Shown: piece after piece, positions 1 through 10,176 of the stretch | Numbering within the stretch: position 1 is the stretch's first letter | Layout: each line of letters begins with the position of its first letter | Assembly: GCA_040879025.1 (NCBI GenBank) | Contig: JBBDLF010000038.1 | Span: 75,875-139,874 of the forward strand | Source: Pseudohongiellaceae bacterium | GTDB taxonomy: Bacteria > Pseudomonadota > Gammaproteobacteria > Pseudomonadales > Pseudohongiellaceae | DNA: 64,000 bases | Direction of reading: 5' to 3' | Notes under the pieces: generated by a model | Told to the model about the DNA's origin: nothing | The model's input: the letters and a program-made list of their open reading frames with translations, nothing else | The model's database searches: none | Program-made: the position numbers and the translations under genes

Positions 1-1
1 G

Positions 2-1042
2 GCTGCGCTGAACGTCTTGTATGAGCAATTGACAAAATCCGCGGCCGCCAAGCCGGCTTTGACTGCCTGGTTGCCGCCCGACTTTCTCTGGCGTCTCCGG
101 CGCAAGCCCCAACCGCCAGTAACAAGTGGATTATATCTGTGGGGAGGAGTCGGTCGCGGCAAGACATACCTGATGGACATATTCTACGAATCGTTGCCCT
201 TTGACGAGAAAATGCGCACGCATTTCCATCGATTCATGCAGCGTGTGCACACAGACCTCACAGCCCTGAAGGGCAATAGAAACCCGTTGGAACTGGTGGC
301 GGCTAACATCGCCAAGGAAGCCCGGGTTGTCTGTTTCGATGAGTTTTTTGTCTCGGATATTGGCGATGCGATGATCCTGGGAGGTTTGCTGCGGTCGCTG
401 TTTGTCCGCGAGGTGGTGCTGGTGGCTACTTCGAACATCCCGCCTCGGGATCTGTATGAGAACGGTCTGCAGCGAGACCGCTTTTTACCGGCTATTGATT
501 TGCTACAGCAGCATACAAGGGTCATTGAGCTGGGGGGGGAGACTGACTACCGGCTTCGCAGGCTCGAGCAAGCGGATCTTTATCACTGTCCGGTGGACGG
601 TCATACCGACAGACGACTGCTGGAAAGCTTCTATGGCCTGGCGCCCAACAGAAGTGAGTCGGTGCGGGACGAGACCATTGACATTCTGGGCAGGCCTCTG
701 AAGACGAGGTTCTGCGCAGACGATGTGGTCTGGTTCGATTTCGACGAGTTGTGCGGGGGCCCTCGCAGCGCGTATGACTATGTGGAACTGGCCAGGATCT
801 ATCACGCGGTTCTGATCAGCGGTATCCCCGCGATGGGCCCTGCCAGCGACGACAGTGCACGCCGCTTCGTCAACCTGGTGGATGAGTTCTATGACCGGAA
901 CGTGAAGCTGATCGTGAGCGCGGAGGTCCCTCTCGATCAACTCTATTCAGGCACCCGACTGGCCTTCGTCTTTGAACGAACCCGCAGCCGCCTCCGCGAA
1001 ATGCAGTCCCACGACTACCTGACCCGTCAGCATCGCGCCTAA
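2..1042 (+). CDS. zapE: Cell division protein ZapE (AFG1-family ATPase), 5' end truncated by window edge
   Basis: The frame is open from base 2 with no upstream stop. Walker A GGVGRGKT lies only ~43 aa into the listed ORF, against ~75 aa in E. coli ZapE. A Walker B-like VVCFDEFFVSD is present. The position upstream of rplM-rpsI is conserved. Confidence 0.85.
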   Translation, partial: AALNVLYEQLTKSAAAKPALTAWLPPDFLWRLRRKPQPPVTSGLYLWGGVGRGKTYLMDIFYESLPFDEKMRTHFHRFMQRVHTDLTALKGNRNPLELVAANIAKEARVVCFDEFFVSDIGDAMILGGLLRSLFVREVVLVATSNIPPRDLYENGLQRDRFLPAIDLLQQHTRVIELGGETDYRLRRLEQADLYHCPVDGHTDRRLLESFYGLAPNRSESVRDETIDILGRPLKTRFCADDVVWFDFDELCGGPRSAYDYVELARIYHAVLISGIPAMGPASDDSARRFVNLVDEFYDRNVKLIVSAEVPLDQLYSGTRLAFVFERTRSRLREMQSHDYLTRQHRA

Positions 1043-1232
1043 CCCCGCCTCGTGCCAAGGGTCGGGGGGCGAATGATAATCATTCGCCACCGACCCTCGG
1101 GGTGCCGTTTGAAAATACCTTGCCGGGGGTGGCGCGGCAGCCTGGGGAGGGTGGATAATACTTGAATATTCGCTACTGCTTCGGTAGTATTCGCGCTCCT
1201 TGTATTAACGCCCCAGCGATCGGTGAAGTGAC

Positions 1233-1661
1233 ATGAAGACCTATAGCGCCAAACCCCGAGAAGTTGACCAGAATTGGCTATTGATTGATGCCGATGGTTT
1301 GACTCTGGGCCGTATGGCAACCGAAATTGCCACCCGGCTGAGAGGCAAACACAAGCCAGAATATACCGCCCACGTTGATACCGGCGATTTTGTCGTGGTG
1401 GTCAACGCGGAGAAGGTGCGGGTGACGGGAAAAAAAGCCCGCGACAAGATGTATCATAGCCACTCTCAGCATCCGGGTGGGCTGAAGTCCCTGTCGTTCG
1501 ACCAGATGATGCGGAAATCGCCCGAGGAGGTACTCCGGCTGGCAGTCAAAGGCATGCTTCCCAGGACACCGCTGGGTCGAGCGATGTTCAGAAAACTCAA
1601 GGTATATTCCGGCGCGGAGCATCCGCACAGTGCGCAACAGCCGCAGCCGGTTCAGATATAG
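1233..1661 (+). CDS. rplM: 50S ribosomal protein L13
   Basis: 142 aa. [61 protein letters not shown] is typical full-length bacterial L13. Confidence 0.95.
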   Translation: MKTYSAKPREVDQNWLLIDADGLTLGRMATEIATRLRGKHKPEYTAHVDTGDFVVVVNAEKVRVTGKKARDKMYHSHSQHPGGLKSLSFDQMMRKSPEEVLRLAVKGMLPRTPLGRAMFRKLKVYSGAEHPHSAQQPQPVQI

Positions 1662-1701
1662 ACGAAAGTTCAGAGCAATTGTTAAGAGGTTCATAACCCT
1701 G

Positions 1702-2094
1702 ATGGCTATCACCCAGTACTACGGCACAGGACGACGCAAGACCGCCACCGCCCGAGTCTTTCTACGCAATGGCAGCGGCAATATCACTGTCAACAAGCGT
1801 CCCCTGGACGGCTTTTTTGGCCGTGAAGTTGCCCGCATGATTGTACGACAGCCGCTGGAACTGGTGGAAATGACAGAAAAATTCGATGTCAACGTCACGG
1901 TCTCGGGCGGAGGCAGCTTTGGGCAGGCTGGCGCGATTCGTCACGGAATTACCAGGGCTCTCATGGAATATGATGAGGCGCTGCGGTCGGCCCTGCGAAA
2001 GGCGGGATTCGTTACCCGTGATGCCCGGGAAGTGGAGCGCAAAAAGGTTGGTTTGCGTAAAGCGCGCAAGCGGCCTCAGTATTCCAAGCGTTAA
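1702..2094 (+). CDS. rpsI: 30S ribosomal protein S9
   Basis: The internal ATG at 1702 gives [21 protein letters not shown]... and 130 aa ending RKRPQYSKR. The longer ORF from 1630 overlaps the rplM end and is not needed. Confidence 0.95.
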   Translation: MAITQYYGTGRRKTATARVFLRNGSGNITVNKRPLDGFFGREVARMIVRQPLELVEMTEKFDVNVTVSGGGSFGQAGAIRHGITRALMEYDEALRSALRKAGFVTRDAREVERKKVGLRKARKRPQYSKR

Positions 2095-2148
2095 ACCAGT
2101 ACGGTCATTCAGTTACCGGTCGTTTGATGCTACCGGTGCTGCAGGAAA

Positions 2149-2184
2149 GCGCCGAAACCGGCTCGGGTTACGGCGCTTTTTTTT
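2149..2184 (+). terminator. Rho-independent terminator after rpsI
   Basis: GCGCCGAAACC-GGCTCG-GGTTACGGCGC stem (one mismatch) followed by T8 at 2177-2184. Confidence 0.6.
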
Positions 2185-2249
2185 AAACAAAAAAAGGGAT
2201 TTTTTTATATTAATCAAGGGAGTAGGACCTGTTAACGGGTTATTTCAAC

Positions 2250-2278
2250 TTGAAAAATCTGGCGAAATTAACTATTAT
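2250..2278 (+). promoter_or_regulatory. Putative sigma70 promoter of the bc1 (pet) operon
   Basis: TTGAAA (2250-2255), 17-nt spacer, TATTAT (2273-2278). It lies ~165 nt upstream of the petA start. Confidence 0.35.
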
Positions 2279-2442
2279 TCGCCGGGCTTGCCAGCCAGCG
2301 AAGGAAGCAGAAATTCCAGTTCTTGATGAGTTGTCAGATTGGCCGTCTGTCCGGATCCCGGGGTAACCGTGGTTTGCCCTCCGGCGCTTGTTCGACTGGC
2401 GATCTGATTCAACAGTTTTACTCTTAAGGGGAGAAAGGTTCG

Positions 2443-3045
2443 GTGACAGACGACAGTGCGAATACTGGCCGTAGACGGTTTTTAGTCGGTTCAACCTCAG
2501 CGCTTGGCGCGGTTGGTGTTGTCGGAGCAGCAGTCCCCTTTGTGGGGTCCTGGCAGCCTAGCGCCAAGGCCCGCGCCGCCGGAGCGCCCCTGCGGGTGGA
2601 TATTGGCCGGTTGCAGCCGGGCGAAATCCTGGGTCCTATTCCGGCTTGGCGCGGACGCCCCATTTTTATTGTCAGAAGGACAGAGGCGGCACTGGAAGCC
2701 TTGCCCACCATGAATGACAGGTTGACCGACCCTGAATCCCAGGAACCGGAGCAACCGGAATATGCCACCAACCTGTACCGGTCACGGGAACCCGAAATTC
2801 TCGTGCTTGTTGGTCTTTGTCCTCACCTGTTCTGCTCGCCCACTCCCTACCTTGAGTTGCGGCCCCAGCCCTTTGATGAGAACTGGAAGGGCGGATTTTT
2901 CTGCCCCTGTCATGGCTCCCGATTCGACCTGGCCGGCAGGGTGTACAGCGGCTCCCCGTCATCGAGAAACATGCAGGTTCCTCCGTATGCCTACGAGACA
3001 GACCGCGTCATTGTTGTCGGTGTGGATGAGGAGACCGCAGCATGA
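2443..3045 (+). CDS. petA: Ubiquinol-cytochrome c reductase Rieske iron-sulfur subunit
   Basis: GTG start after AAGGGGAGA. Tat-type signal RRRFLVGS. Rieske box II CPCHGSRFD is present. Box I reads CPHLFC instead of the usual CTHLGC. The stop overlaps the next start (ATGA). Confidence 0.9.
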   Translation: MTDDSANTGRRRFLVGSTSALGAVGVVGAAVPFVGSWQPSAKARAAGAPLRVDIGRLQPGEILGPIPAWRGRPIFIVRRTEAALEALPTMNDRLTDPESQEPEQPEYATNLYRSREPEILVLVGLCPHLFCSPTPYLELRPQPFDENWKGGFFCPCHGSRFDLAGRVYSGSPSSRNMQVPPYAYETDRVIVVGVDEETAA

Positions 3046-5078
3046 ATGAAGTCAGCGAACCAAGAAAAAACGGGCGAATGATGAGTCTGCTGGTCGGGCT
3101 GCGTGACTGGACGGACGAACGATTACCAATAGTCACCGCCTGGGAGAAGCATCTAAGCAAATATCACGCGCCGAAGAATTTCAATTTCTGGTATTTCTTC
3201 GGCGTATTGTCGATGGTGGTGCTGATTCTGCAATTGGTCACCGGCATCTGGCTGACGATGAGTTATACGCCTACCGCCGAAGGTGCATTCGCATCCATCG
3301 AGTACATTATGCGCGATGTCGAGTGGGGGTGGCTGCTAAGGTACCTGCATTCCACCGGCGCTTCCGCATTCTTCTTTGTGGTGTATATCCACATGTTCCG
3401 CGGCCTGATGTACGGGTCCTACCAGAAGCCCAGAGAATTGATCTGGGTTTTTGGTATGGCGATCTATCTGGTCCTGGTTATGGAAGGCTTCATGGGTTAC
3501 GTGTTGCCCTGGGGTCAGATGTCCTACTGGGGCGCCAACGTGATTGTCTCGCTTGTTGGAGCGATTCCAGTCATCGGTGACAGTTTGCTGGAGTGGGTGC
3601 GCGGCGATTACCTCATCTCGGGTGCAACTCTGAACCGCTTCTTTGCGTTACACGTGGTGGCCCTCCCCCTCGTTTTGATCGCACTGGTGGTACTGCATAT
3701 TCTCGCGCTTCATGAAGTGGGTTCCAACAATCCGGACGGTATCGAAATCAAGAAAAACAAGGGGCCCGACGGTATTCCGCTGGATTCCGTTCCCTTTCAT
3801 CCCTACTACACGATGTATCACGACCTCGGGGCGGTGGTGGTGTTCTTGTTCGTCTTCTGCGCCATCGTGTTTTTTGCTCCGGAAATGGGAGGCTATTTTC
3901 TCGAACTGGCGAACTTCCAGGAAGCTGATCAACTACAGACCCCGGAACACGTACCGCCGGTGTGGTATTACACGCCGTTTTACTCAATGCTGCGGGCGGT
4001 AACCTATCCCCTCTTTGGCATCGATGCCAAGTTTTGGGGGCTGCTTGTGATGTTCGGCGCAATCGCTATCCTGTTCGTATTGCCGTGGCTGGACAAGAGC
4101 CCGGTACGCTCCATGAGATACAAGGGCTGGTACAGCCGCATCGCGCTGTTGTTGTTTGTCGTCAGTTTTATGATTCTCGGGGTACTGGGTACCCAGGACG
4201 TGAGCCCCGCCAAAACCCTGTTGGCCCAGATCATGACAGTGGTCTACTTTGCCTATTTCTTTGCGATGCCCTGGTACACGCGCAAGGAACCCACTTACCC
4301 GGTTCCGGAACGCGTCACAGGTCGCTGGATCAGCGCAAAGCAACTGGTGCTCAGTGTGGTGTTACTGGTGTTGCTGGTCGGTGTGCCGCTGGTCGCGGTT
4401 GCCGCTGAAAACAACGTGGAACTGGAGCCGGTTGCGGTCGATTTTGACGATAAGGCGTCACTGCAACGCGGCTGGAAAAATTACATGAACTACTGTTTTT
4501 CCTGTCATTCACTTCAATACGCCCGCTATGAACGAACGGCGAACGACCTCGAAATTCCTCACGAACTCGTGGAGGAGAATCTGATTTTCGCTGACGAACT
4601 GATCGGCGACCTGATGGAAAACTCCCTGACGTTGGAGGATGCGCAGACCTATTTCAGTGCGGGCCCACCCGATCTCACGCTGGTCGGCAGGTTAAGATCG
4701 CCGGAATGGCTGTATACGTATCTCAAGTCTTTTTACCAGGACGACTCCCGTCCATTCGGAACGAATAATACCGTCTTCCCCAATGTGGCGATGCCGAACG
4801 TGCTTCACGAACTGCAGGGTGACGTAGTATGCGAGATCCACACGGATGGCGATGACCAGGAGCATTGCGAACTTCACCACCAGCCGGGAACCGGTACGCT
4901 GAGCGAGGCAGAGTTCGATCAGGTGGCCGCCGACATTGCTAATTTTCTGTATTACATTGGTGAACCCGTCCGCGAAACGCGAAAAAACATTGGCATCTGG
5001 GTCCTGTTGTTTCTGGCTATACTGTACCTCCTGGTGTTTCTCATGAGTCGCGAATATCAAAAAGACTTTCACAATTGA
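3042..5078 (+). CDS. petB: Cytochrome b fused in frame to cytochrome c1 (bc1 complex)
   Basis: 678 aa. The N-terminal ~427 aa is cytochrome b (FNFWYFFG, LPWGQMSYWGA, PEHVPPVWYYTPFY). It is followed by linker RWISAKQ, a signal-like hydrophobic stretch ending AVA-AEN, c1 heme motif CFSCH, PPDLTLV and a C-terminal anchor ending REYQKDFHN. Confidence 0.85.
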   Translation: MNEVSEPRKNGRMMSLLVGLRDWTDERLPIVTAWEKHLSKYHAPKNFNFWYFFGVLSMVVLILQLVTGIWLTMSYTPTAEGAFASIEYIMRDVEWGWLLRYLHSTGASAFFFVVYIHMFRGLMYGSYQKPRELIWVFGMAIYLVLVMEGFMGYVLPWGQMSYWGANVIVSLVGAIPVIGDSLLEWVRGDYLISGATLNRFFALHVVALPLVLIALVVLHILALHEVGSNNPDGIEIKKNKGPDGIPLDSVPFHPYYTMYHDLGAVVVFLFVFCAIVFFAPEMGGYFLELANFQEADQLQTPEHVPPVWYYTPFYSMLRAVTYPLFGIDAKFWGLLVMFGAIAILFVLPWLDKSPVRSMRYKGWYSRIALLLFVVSFMILGVLGTQDVSPAKTLLAQIMTVVYFAYFFAMPWYTRKEPTYPVPERVTGRWISAKQLVLSVVLLVLLVGVPLVAVAAENNVELEPVAVDFDDKASLQRGWKNYMNYCFSCHSLQYARYERTANDLEIPHELVEENLIFADELIGDLMENSLTLEDAQTYFSAGPPDLTLVGRLRSPEWLYTYLKSFYQDDSRPFGTNNTVFPNVAMPNVLHELQGDVVCEIHTDGDDQEHCELHHQPGTGTLSEAEFDQVAADIANFLYYIGEPVRETRKNIGIWVLLFLAILYLLVFLMSREYQKDFHN

Positions 5079-5121
5079 CCGGTTTTCCCACGTTAACGAA
5101 AGTCTGTATCGAGGACAACAT

Positions 5122-5754
5122 ATGGGTGTGGTAGCTAAGCGGTCATCTATGACCTTCTACTCAGAGGGTAGAAGTCATTACAGTCACCGGGTTCGTATCG
5201 TCCTGGCGGAAAAAGGGGTAACCGTGGAGACGATTGATGTCGATCCGGACAACATGCCCGAAGATCTGACTGACCTGAATCCTTACAACAATCTGCCAAC
5301 ACTCGTCGATCGCGATCTTGTGCTTTATGAAGCCAACATCATGATGGAATATCTTGATGAGCGCTTTCCGCACCCTCCCTTGTTCCCCGTCTATCCAGTG
5401 GCACGGGCGCAGAGCCGCCTGTGGATGTATCGCATTCATCGTGACTGGTGTACTCTGGTAGACAAGCTCATGGAAGGCAAGGCCGGTCCGGCGGAAACGG
5501 AAAAATTGCGCAAGCAACTCAAGGAAAGCATCATATCCATCGCCCCGATTTTCGCTGAAAAGCCTTACTTCATGAGTGATGAGTTCTCTATAGTGGATTG
5601 CTGTGTCACTCCGATCCTGTGGCGATTGCCCGCGATGGGAATCTCACTGCCTCACACCAAGCCGGTCAAGCCATTGCTGGAGTACCAGGAAAGACTGTTC
5701 CAGAGAGACTCGGTGGTGTCCAGTCTGTCGGAACAGGAAAGGGAAATGATCTAG
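5122..5754 (+). CDS. sspA: Stringent starvation protein A (GST-like)
   Basis: YSHRVRIVLAEKGV, NPYNNLPTLVDRDL and IMMEYLDERFPHPPLFPVYPVARAQSRLWMYRI closely match E. coli SspA. Confidence 0.9.
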   Translation: MGVVAKRSSMTFYSEGRSHYSHRVRIVLAEKGVTVETIDVDPDNMPEDLTDLNPYNNLPTLVDRDLVLYEANIMMEYLDERFPHPPLFPVYPVARAQSRLWMYRIHRDWCTLVDKLMEGKAGPAETEKLRKQLKESIISIAPIFAEKPYFMSDEFSIVDCCVTPILWRLPAMGISLPHTKPVKPLLEYQERLFQRDSVVSSLSEQEREMI

Positions 5755-5820
5755 GCAATAGCACGCGCCAGACCTTGCAGAGCAGCCATAGAGTTATTCA
5801 GAGTCCCTGGATTCGGGGTA

Positions 5821-5876
5821 GAGTTCAGATGAAAGAGTTCAGATGAAAGAGTTCAGATGAAAGAGTTCAGATGAAT
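5821..5876. repeat. 14-bp tandem repeat GAGTTCAGATGAAA x4 (last copy ends ...GAAT)
   Basis: Copies sit at 5821, 5835, 5849 and 5863. Each carries an ATG (5829, 5843, 5857, 5871), and the last ATG is the sspB start. Confidence 0.95.
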
Positions 5877-6290
5877 ATGACTTCGAGTCGGCCCTACATT
5901 GTACGGGCACTGTATGAATGGATACTGGAAAACAACTGCACGCCCTACATATTGGTGAATGCCTACGCCAACGGGGTGGAAGTTCCGCAGGAGCACGTCA
6001 AGGACGGACAAATCATTTTGAATATTTCGCCAGGGGCGGTACAGGGCCTGACCATCGGCAACAAAGTCATGGAGTTTAACGGCCGCTTTGCCGGCATACC
6101 CAAACGAGTGTATGTCCCTGCCGGAGCTATTATGGGTATCTACGCCAAGGAGAACGGCCAGGGCATGATATTCGACAAGGAAGTTCCCGCGCCGGAGCCT
6201 CCGCACACACCGGGCGATAACCCGCCCCGCGGCACAAGCGCCGCCAGGAAATCGGACAAGACCCGCCCCTCGTTGCGCGTCGTCAAATAA
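5871..6290 (+). CDS. sspB: Stringent starvation protein B (ClpXP adaptor)
   Basis: SRPYIVRALYEWILENNCTPYILV, FNGRFAGIPKRVYVPAGAIMGIYAKENG and the C-terminal ClpX-binding tail RPSLRVVK. An alternative ATG is at 5877. Confidence 0.9.
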   Translation: MNMTSSRPYIVRALYEWILENNCTPYILVNAYANGVEVPQEHVKDGQIILNISPGAVQGLTIGNKVMEFNGRFAGIPKRVYVPAGAIMGIYAKENGQGMIFDKEVPAPEPPHTPGDNPPRGTSAARKSDKTRPSLRVVK

Positions 6291-6331
6291 GCTGATGTGC
6301 GCCCCTACCGGATTCGGGCAGGGTTATCTGA

Positions 6332-7539
<1,208 letters not shown>

Positions 7540-7619
7540 TCAGTTCATGTATAAAATATATCGGCAGAAAAGCCCCCAGCCTGCATACCATGGGTAATTA
7601 GCCGGGCAGAGAAGGGAAG

Positions 7620-8057
7620 TTACCGTACCGACTGGAACGCATCTACAATCCAGTTTACATCGAGGCCGGGTCCTGGAGTCCTGGGAGTGATGGCGACGAC
7701 ATCGAACCGGCAGGATCGTTTTCTGGCGAAGCCATGCTGTTGCATGAAGTTGAGTGCGCAGTGACGCAACTTGCGTTGCTTGCGGAAATCGACCGATTCC
7801 GCGGGAGAGCCAAACCGGCTACTCCGCCGGTACCGTACCTCCACAAAGACAAGCGATTGATTGTCGCTCATTATCAGATCGATTTCGCCGCCCCGGCACT
7901 GGAAATTTCGCGTGATGAGTCGCAGGCCTCTCGCCTGCAGATAGTCGGCGGCGTATTTTTCATAACCACGGCCCTGCGCGCGGTGGTCGGCGCCGTGGCT
8001 GTCAACACATTCGTCCCTGATGTCAATCTCCTGGTGTCCAGTCCGGTCAATGCGCAT
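7620..8057 (-). CDS. yraN: YraN family (UPF0102) predicted endonuclease
   Basis: GGEIDLIM...LVFVEVRYRR...CRFDVVAI motif order of the UPF0102 family, with conserved synteny. The start is uncertain. Confidence 0.75.
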   Translation of the reverse strand: MRIDRTGHQEIDIRDECVDSHGADHRAQGRGYEKYAADYLQARGLRLITRNFQCRGGEIDLIMSDNQSLVFVEVRYRRSSRFGSPAESVDFRKQRKLRHCALNFMQQHGFARKRSCRFDVVAITPRTPGPGLDVNWIVDAFQSVR

Positions 8058-8122
8058 AATTCAGCGCGCCATACAGGGCTTGCGACGGTGTTGCGCCTCC
8101 GAGGTCCTCCTCGGCCCGGTCT

Positions 8123-9985
8123 TCAATTCAGACCGCCTCCCGGGAAACCTTCATTGACAGTCGCGAGGCCGTCAACAAACACCGCGGATTGCAGTTCCCG
8201 GCGTATGGCCTGATAGCGCATTGACAGATTGCCGGTGCTTCCCGGCAGAACAGCGATTTCTCCGTCCGCCATCTGTTCCAGCAGAGGATATATTCTGAAG
8301 GCGTCAACACCAAGGGCCCGGAGGCGCTGGAACACTCCCGCTGACGGACGCAGAGTCTGATTGACCAGTTGTTTGAGTGGGTCATCGGGAGGCAACACCC
8401 ACGGTGCATCGGTAAAAATTATGCCGTCCAGATCCCCATTGGCGGTGGGATTGGTAACGCCGTCATTGATGGTGGGCATCGCGTATACGGGCACGTCGCC
8501 GGCGAAGTAAAACGCCAGGGTGGGTTTGATCTGCCGGCCCTGCTGTGGATTGCTTACCATCAGAAAGATAAAGTCGATGTCCTCACGGCGGCGTGGAATG
8601 AACTCAATTTCACTGCGTGGCAACACACGGGTAAGACGTGAGGCTCGCGCCTGGCTGGCATCGATATTCATTAAACGCTGAACAATCTCGGGGTATTCAT
8701 TATCCCCGTTGAAAGCTCCACGAGCGACAACGATACCGCCGCGAGCTTCCCACTCGGATGCGAAGGTATCCTGCAGTCGCAGATAATCACTGTTTTGTGG
8801 GGTGAGAATAGCCACATTGCGGTGTCCGGCGCGCCAGGCCATGTCGACCACCTGGGAGATTTCATCTTCGGGCGCCAGTCCGAACTGATACAGGTTTTCA
8901 GGCACGCGGGCCCGGTTGTCGAGGTAATTGAGGGCCAGCGTGGGAACCGGCAGGCGGCGTAATTGCTGCAGTTGCTGAACCAACTCCTTGTTAAACGGGC
9001 CAATGACAACATCGGCCCCGACGGCAATCGCCTCTTCGTACAAGGGCGTAATATCGGTTACTCCGGCGGTATCAAATACCGTAATCCGGGGGGCACCTTC
9101 CTGTTCACCGAGAGCCTGATAGTAGGCACTGACAAAACCTTCCTGAATCGCGTTGCCAACAGGTTCACTGGCGGGTAACAACAAGGCGATATGCCCGGCG
9201 CGGTTGTCCCAGGCAATTTGCAGCGTGGTAATCGCGTCAGGCAGCGTGATGGCGGCGGTATGCTGGGTCCAGCGCTCACGCCAGCGGCCAACGGCGTCCA
9301 GTTGGCTACGAATGTTATACGGTTCAGCCCGCACGGCGCGTGCCAGTTCCACCCAACCCCTCAATTCGTAGGAGTCGGAATCCTGCGCGAGAGTCGCCAG
9401 GTTCGCGTCTGCGACCTTCTGCAGGGTAATCCAGATGTCATTCTGGTTTACCTGTTTCTCTTCTTCGCTGAGTAACGGTCCCAGCCGTATCAGTTCCGTG
9501 ACGGAGTCGGCGAAATTGCCGGTTTGTACCCACGCCGCGGCTCGGATGCGGTGAAACTGATATCTGGCAGCGCTTTCCAGCGCGGTGGGGTTGGGGAGCA
9601 GATTTCCCGACAGCCAGCCGAGTGCCGCATCCGGATTATTCCGCTGGACTTCGATACTGGCGCGCACCAGTGCGTAACGAGCGCGCCATTGCTGATCGAG
9701 TGATTCCGGTTGGCTAACCTGATTGATCACCTCCCGGGCCTGTTGTGGATAGTCAGTCTCGGCCAGAATTTCAGCCGCGGTAATGCGCAACATTTCAGCA
9801 TCCGCCCCGGAAGCATTTCCGGCCTGCTGCAGCAGGCTGCCGACGGCGGCATCTTGCGGCGTCTCAATGCTGTCTTGCCCGTCCGGCATACGGGTATCGG
9901 TGGCGCAACCGAACAACAGCGCCATCATCAGGCACCAACCCAGGTACTGCCTGGTACAGGCGGGGGCGTTCAGAATTTTTCTCAT
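8123..9985 (-). CDS. lpoA: Penicillin-binding protein activator LpoA (lipoprotein)
   Basis: Lipobox LLFGC, an N-terminal TPR-like region, a C-terminal periplasmic-binding-protein-like domain, and a divergent arrangement with rsmI as in E. coli yraL/yraM. Confidence 0.8.
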   Translation of the reverse strand: MRKILNAPACTRQYLGWCLMMALLFGCATDTRMPDGQDSIETPQDAAVGSLLQQAGNASGADAEMLRITAAEILAETDYPQQAREVINQVSQPESLDQQWRARYALVRASIEVQRNNPDAALGWLSGNLLPNPTALESAARYQFHRIRAAAWVQTGNFADSVTELIRLGPLLSEEEKQVNQNDIWITLQKVADANLATLAQDSDSYELRGWVELARAVRAEPYNIRSQLDAVGRWRERWTQHTAAITLPDAITTLQIAWDNRAGHIALLLPASEPVGNAIQEGFVSAYYQALGEQEGAPRITVFDTAGVTDITPLYEEAIAVGADVVIGPFNKELVQQLQQLRRLPVPTLALNYLDNRARVPENLYQFGLAPEDEISQVVDMAWRAGHRNVAILTPQNSDYLRLQDTFASEWEARGGIVVARGAFNGDNEYPEIVQRLMNIDASQARASRLTRVLPRSEIEFIPRRREDIDFIFLMVSNPQQGRQIKPTLAFYFAGDVPVYAMPTINDGVTNPTANGDLDGIIFTDAPWVLPPDDPLKQLVNQTLRPSAGVFQRLRALGVDAFRIYPLLEQMADGEIAVLPGSTGNLSMRYQAIRRELQSAVFVDGLATVNEGFPGGGLN

Positions 9986-10176
9986 AACGGCATCGTGACA
10001 GTCGTGACAGAAAGGCTAGCGGGATACGTGGAAACAAGGATGGTATCAGCAAGGTTAATACACTTATATAAAGCGGGCAATAAAACGACTATTATTGCGG
10101 TGGTTCTGTATGAACCTCGGTGCACAAAGTCTTCGCAATCTGCAACCACAAGCCCGGAAACTATGGACGGCCAGGA

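Noticed and set aside
5598-5846. 82-aa plus-strand ORF overlapping the sspA 3' end and running into the 14-bp repeats.
   Set aside because: It is out of frame within sspA. Its only notable property is that it ends at the first repeat-encoded TGA, which is already covered by the mini-ORF finding.
5821-5876. Whether the short tandem repeats (here, at 33861-33894 and at 54912-55037) could be CRISPR-like or mobile-element termini.
   Set aside because: The units are directly adjacent with no spacers, there are no cas genes, and there are no flanking inverted repeats or transposase. They are simple tandem duplications.
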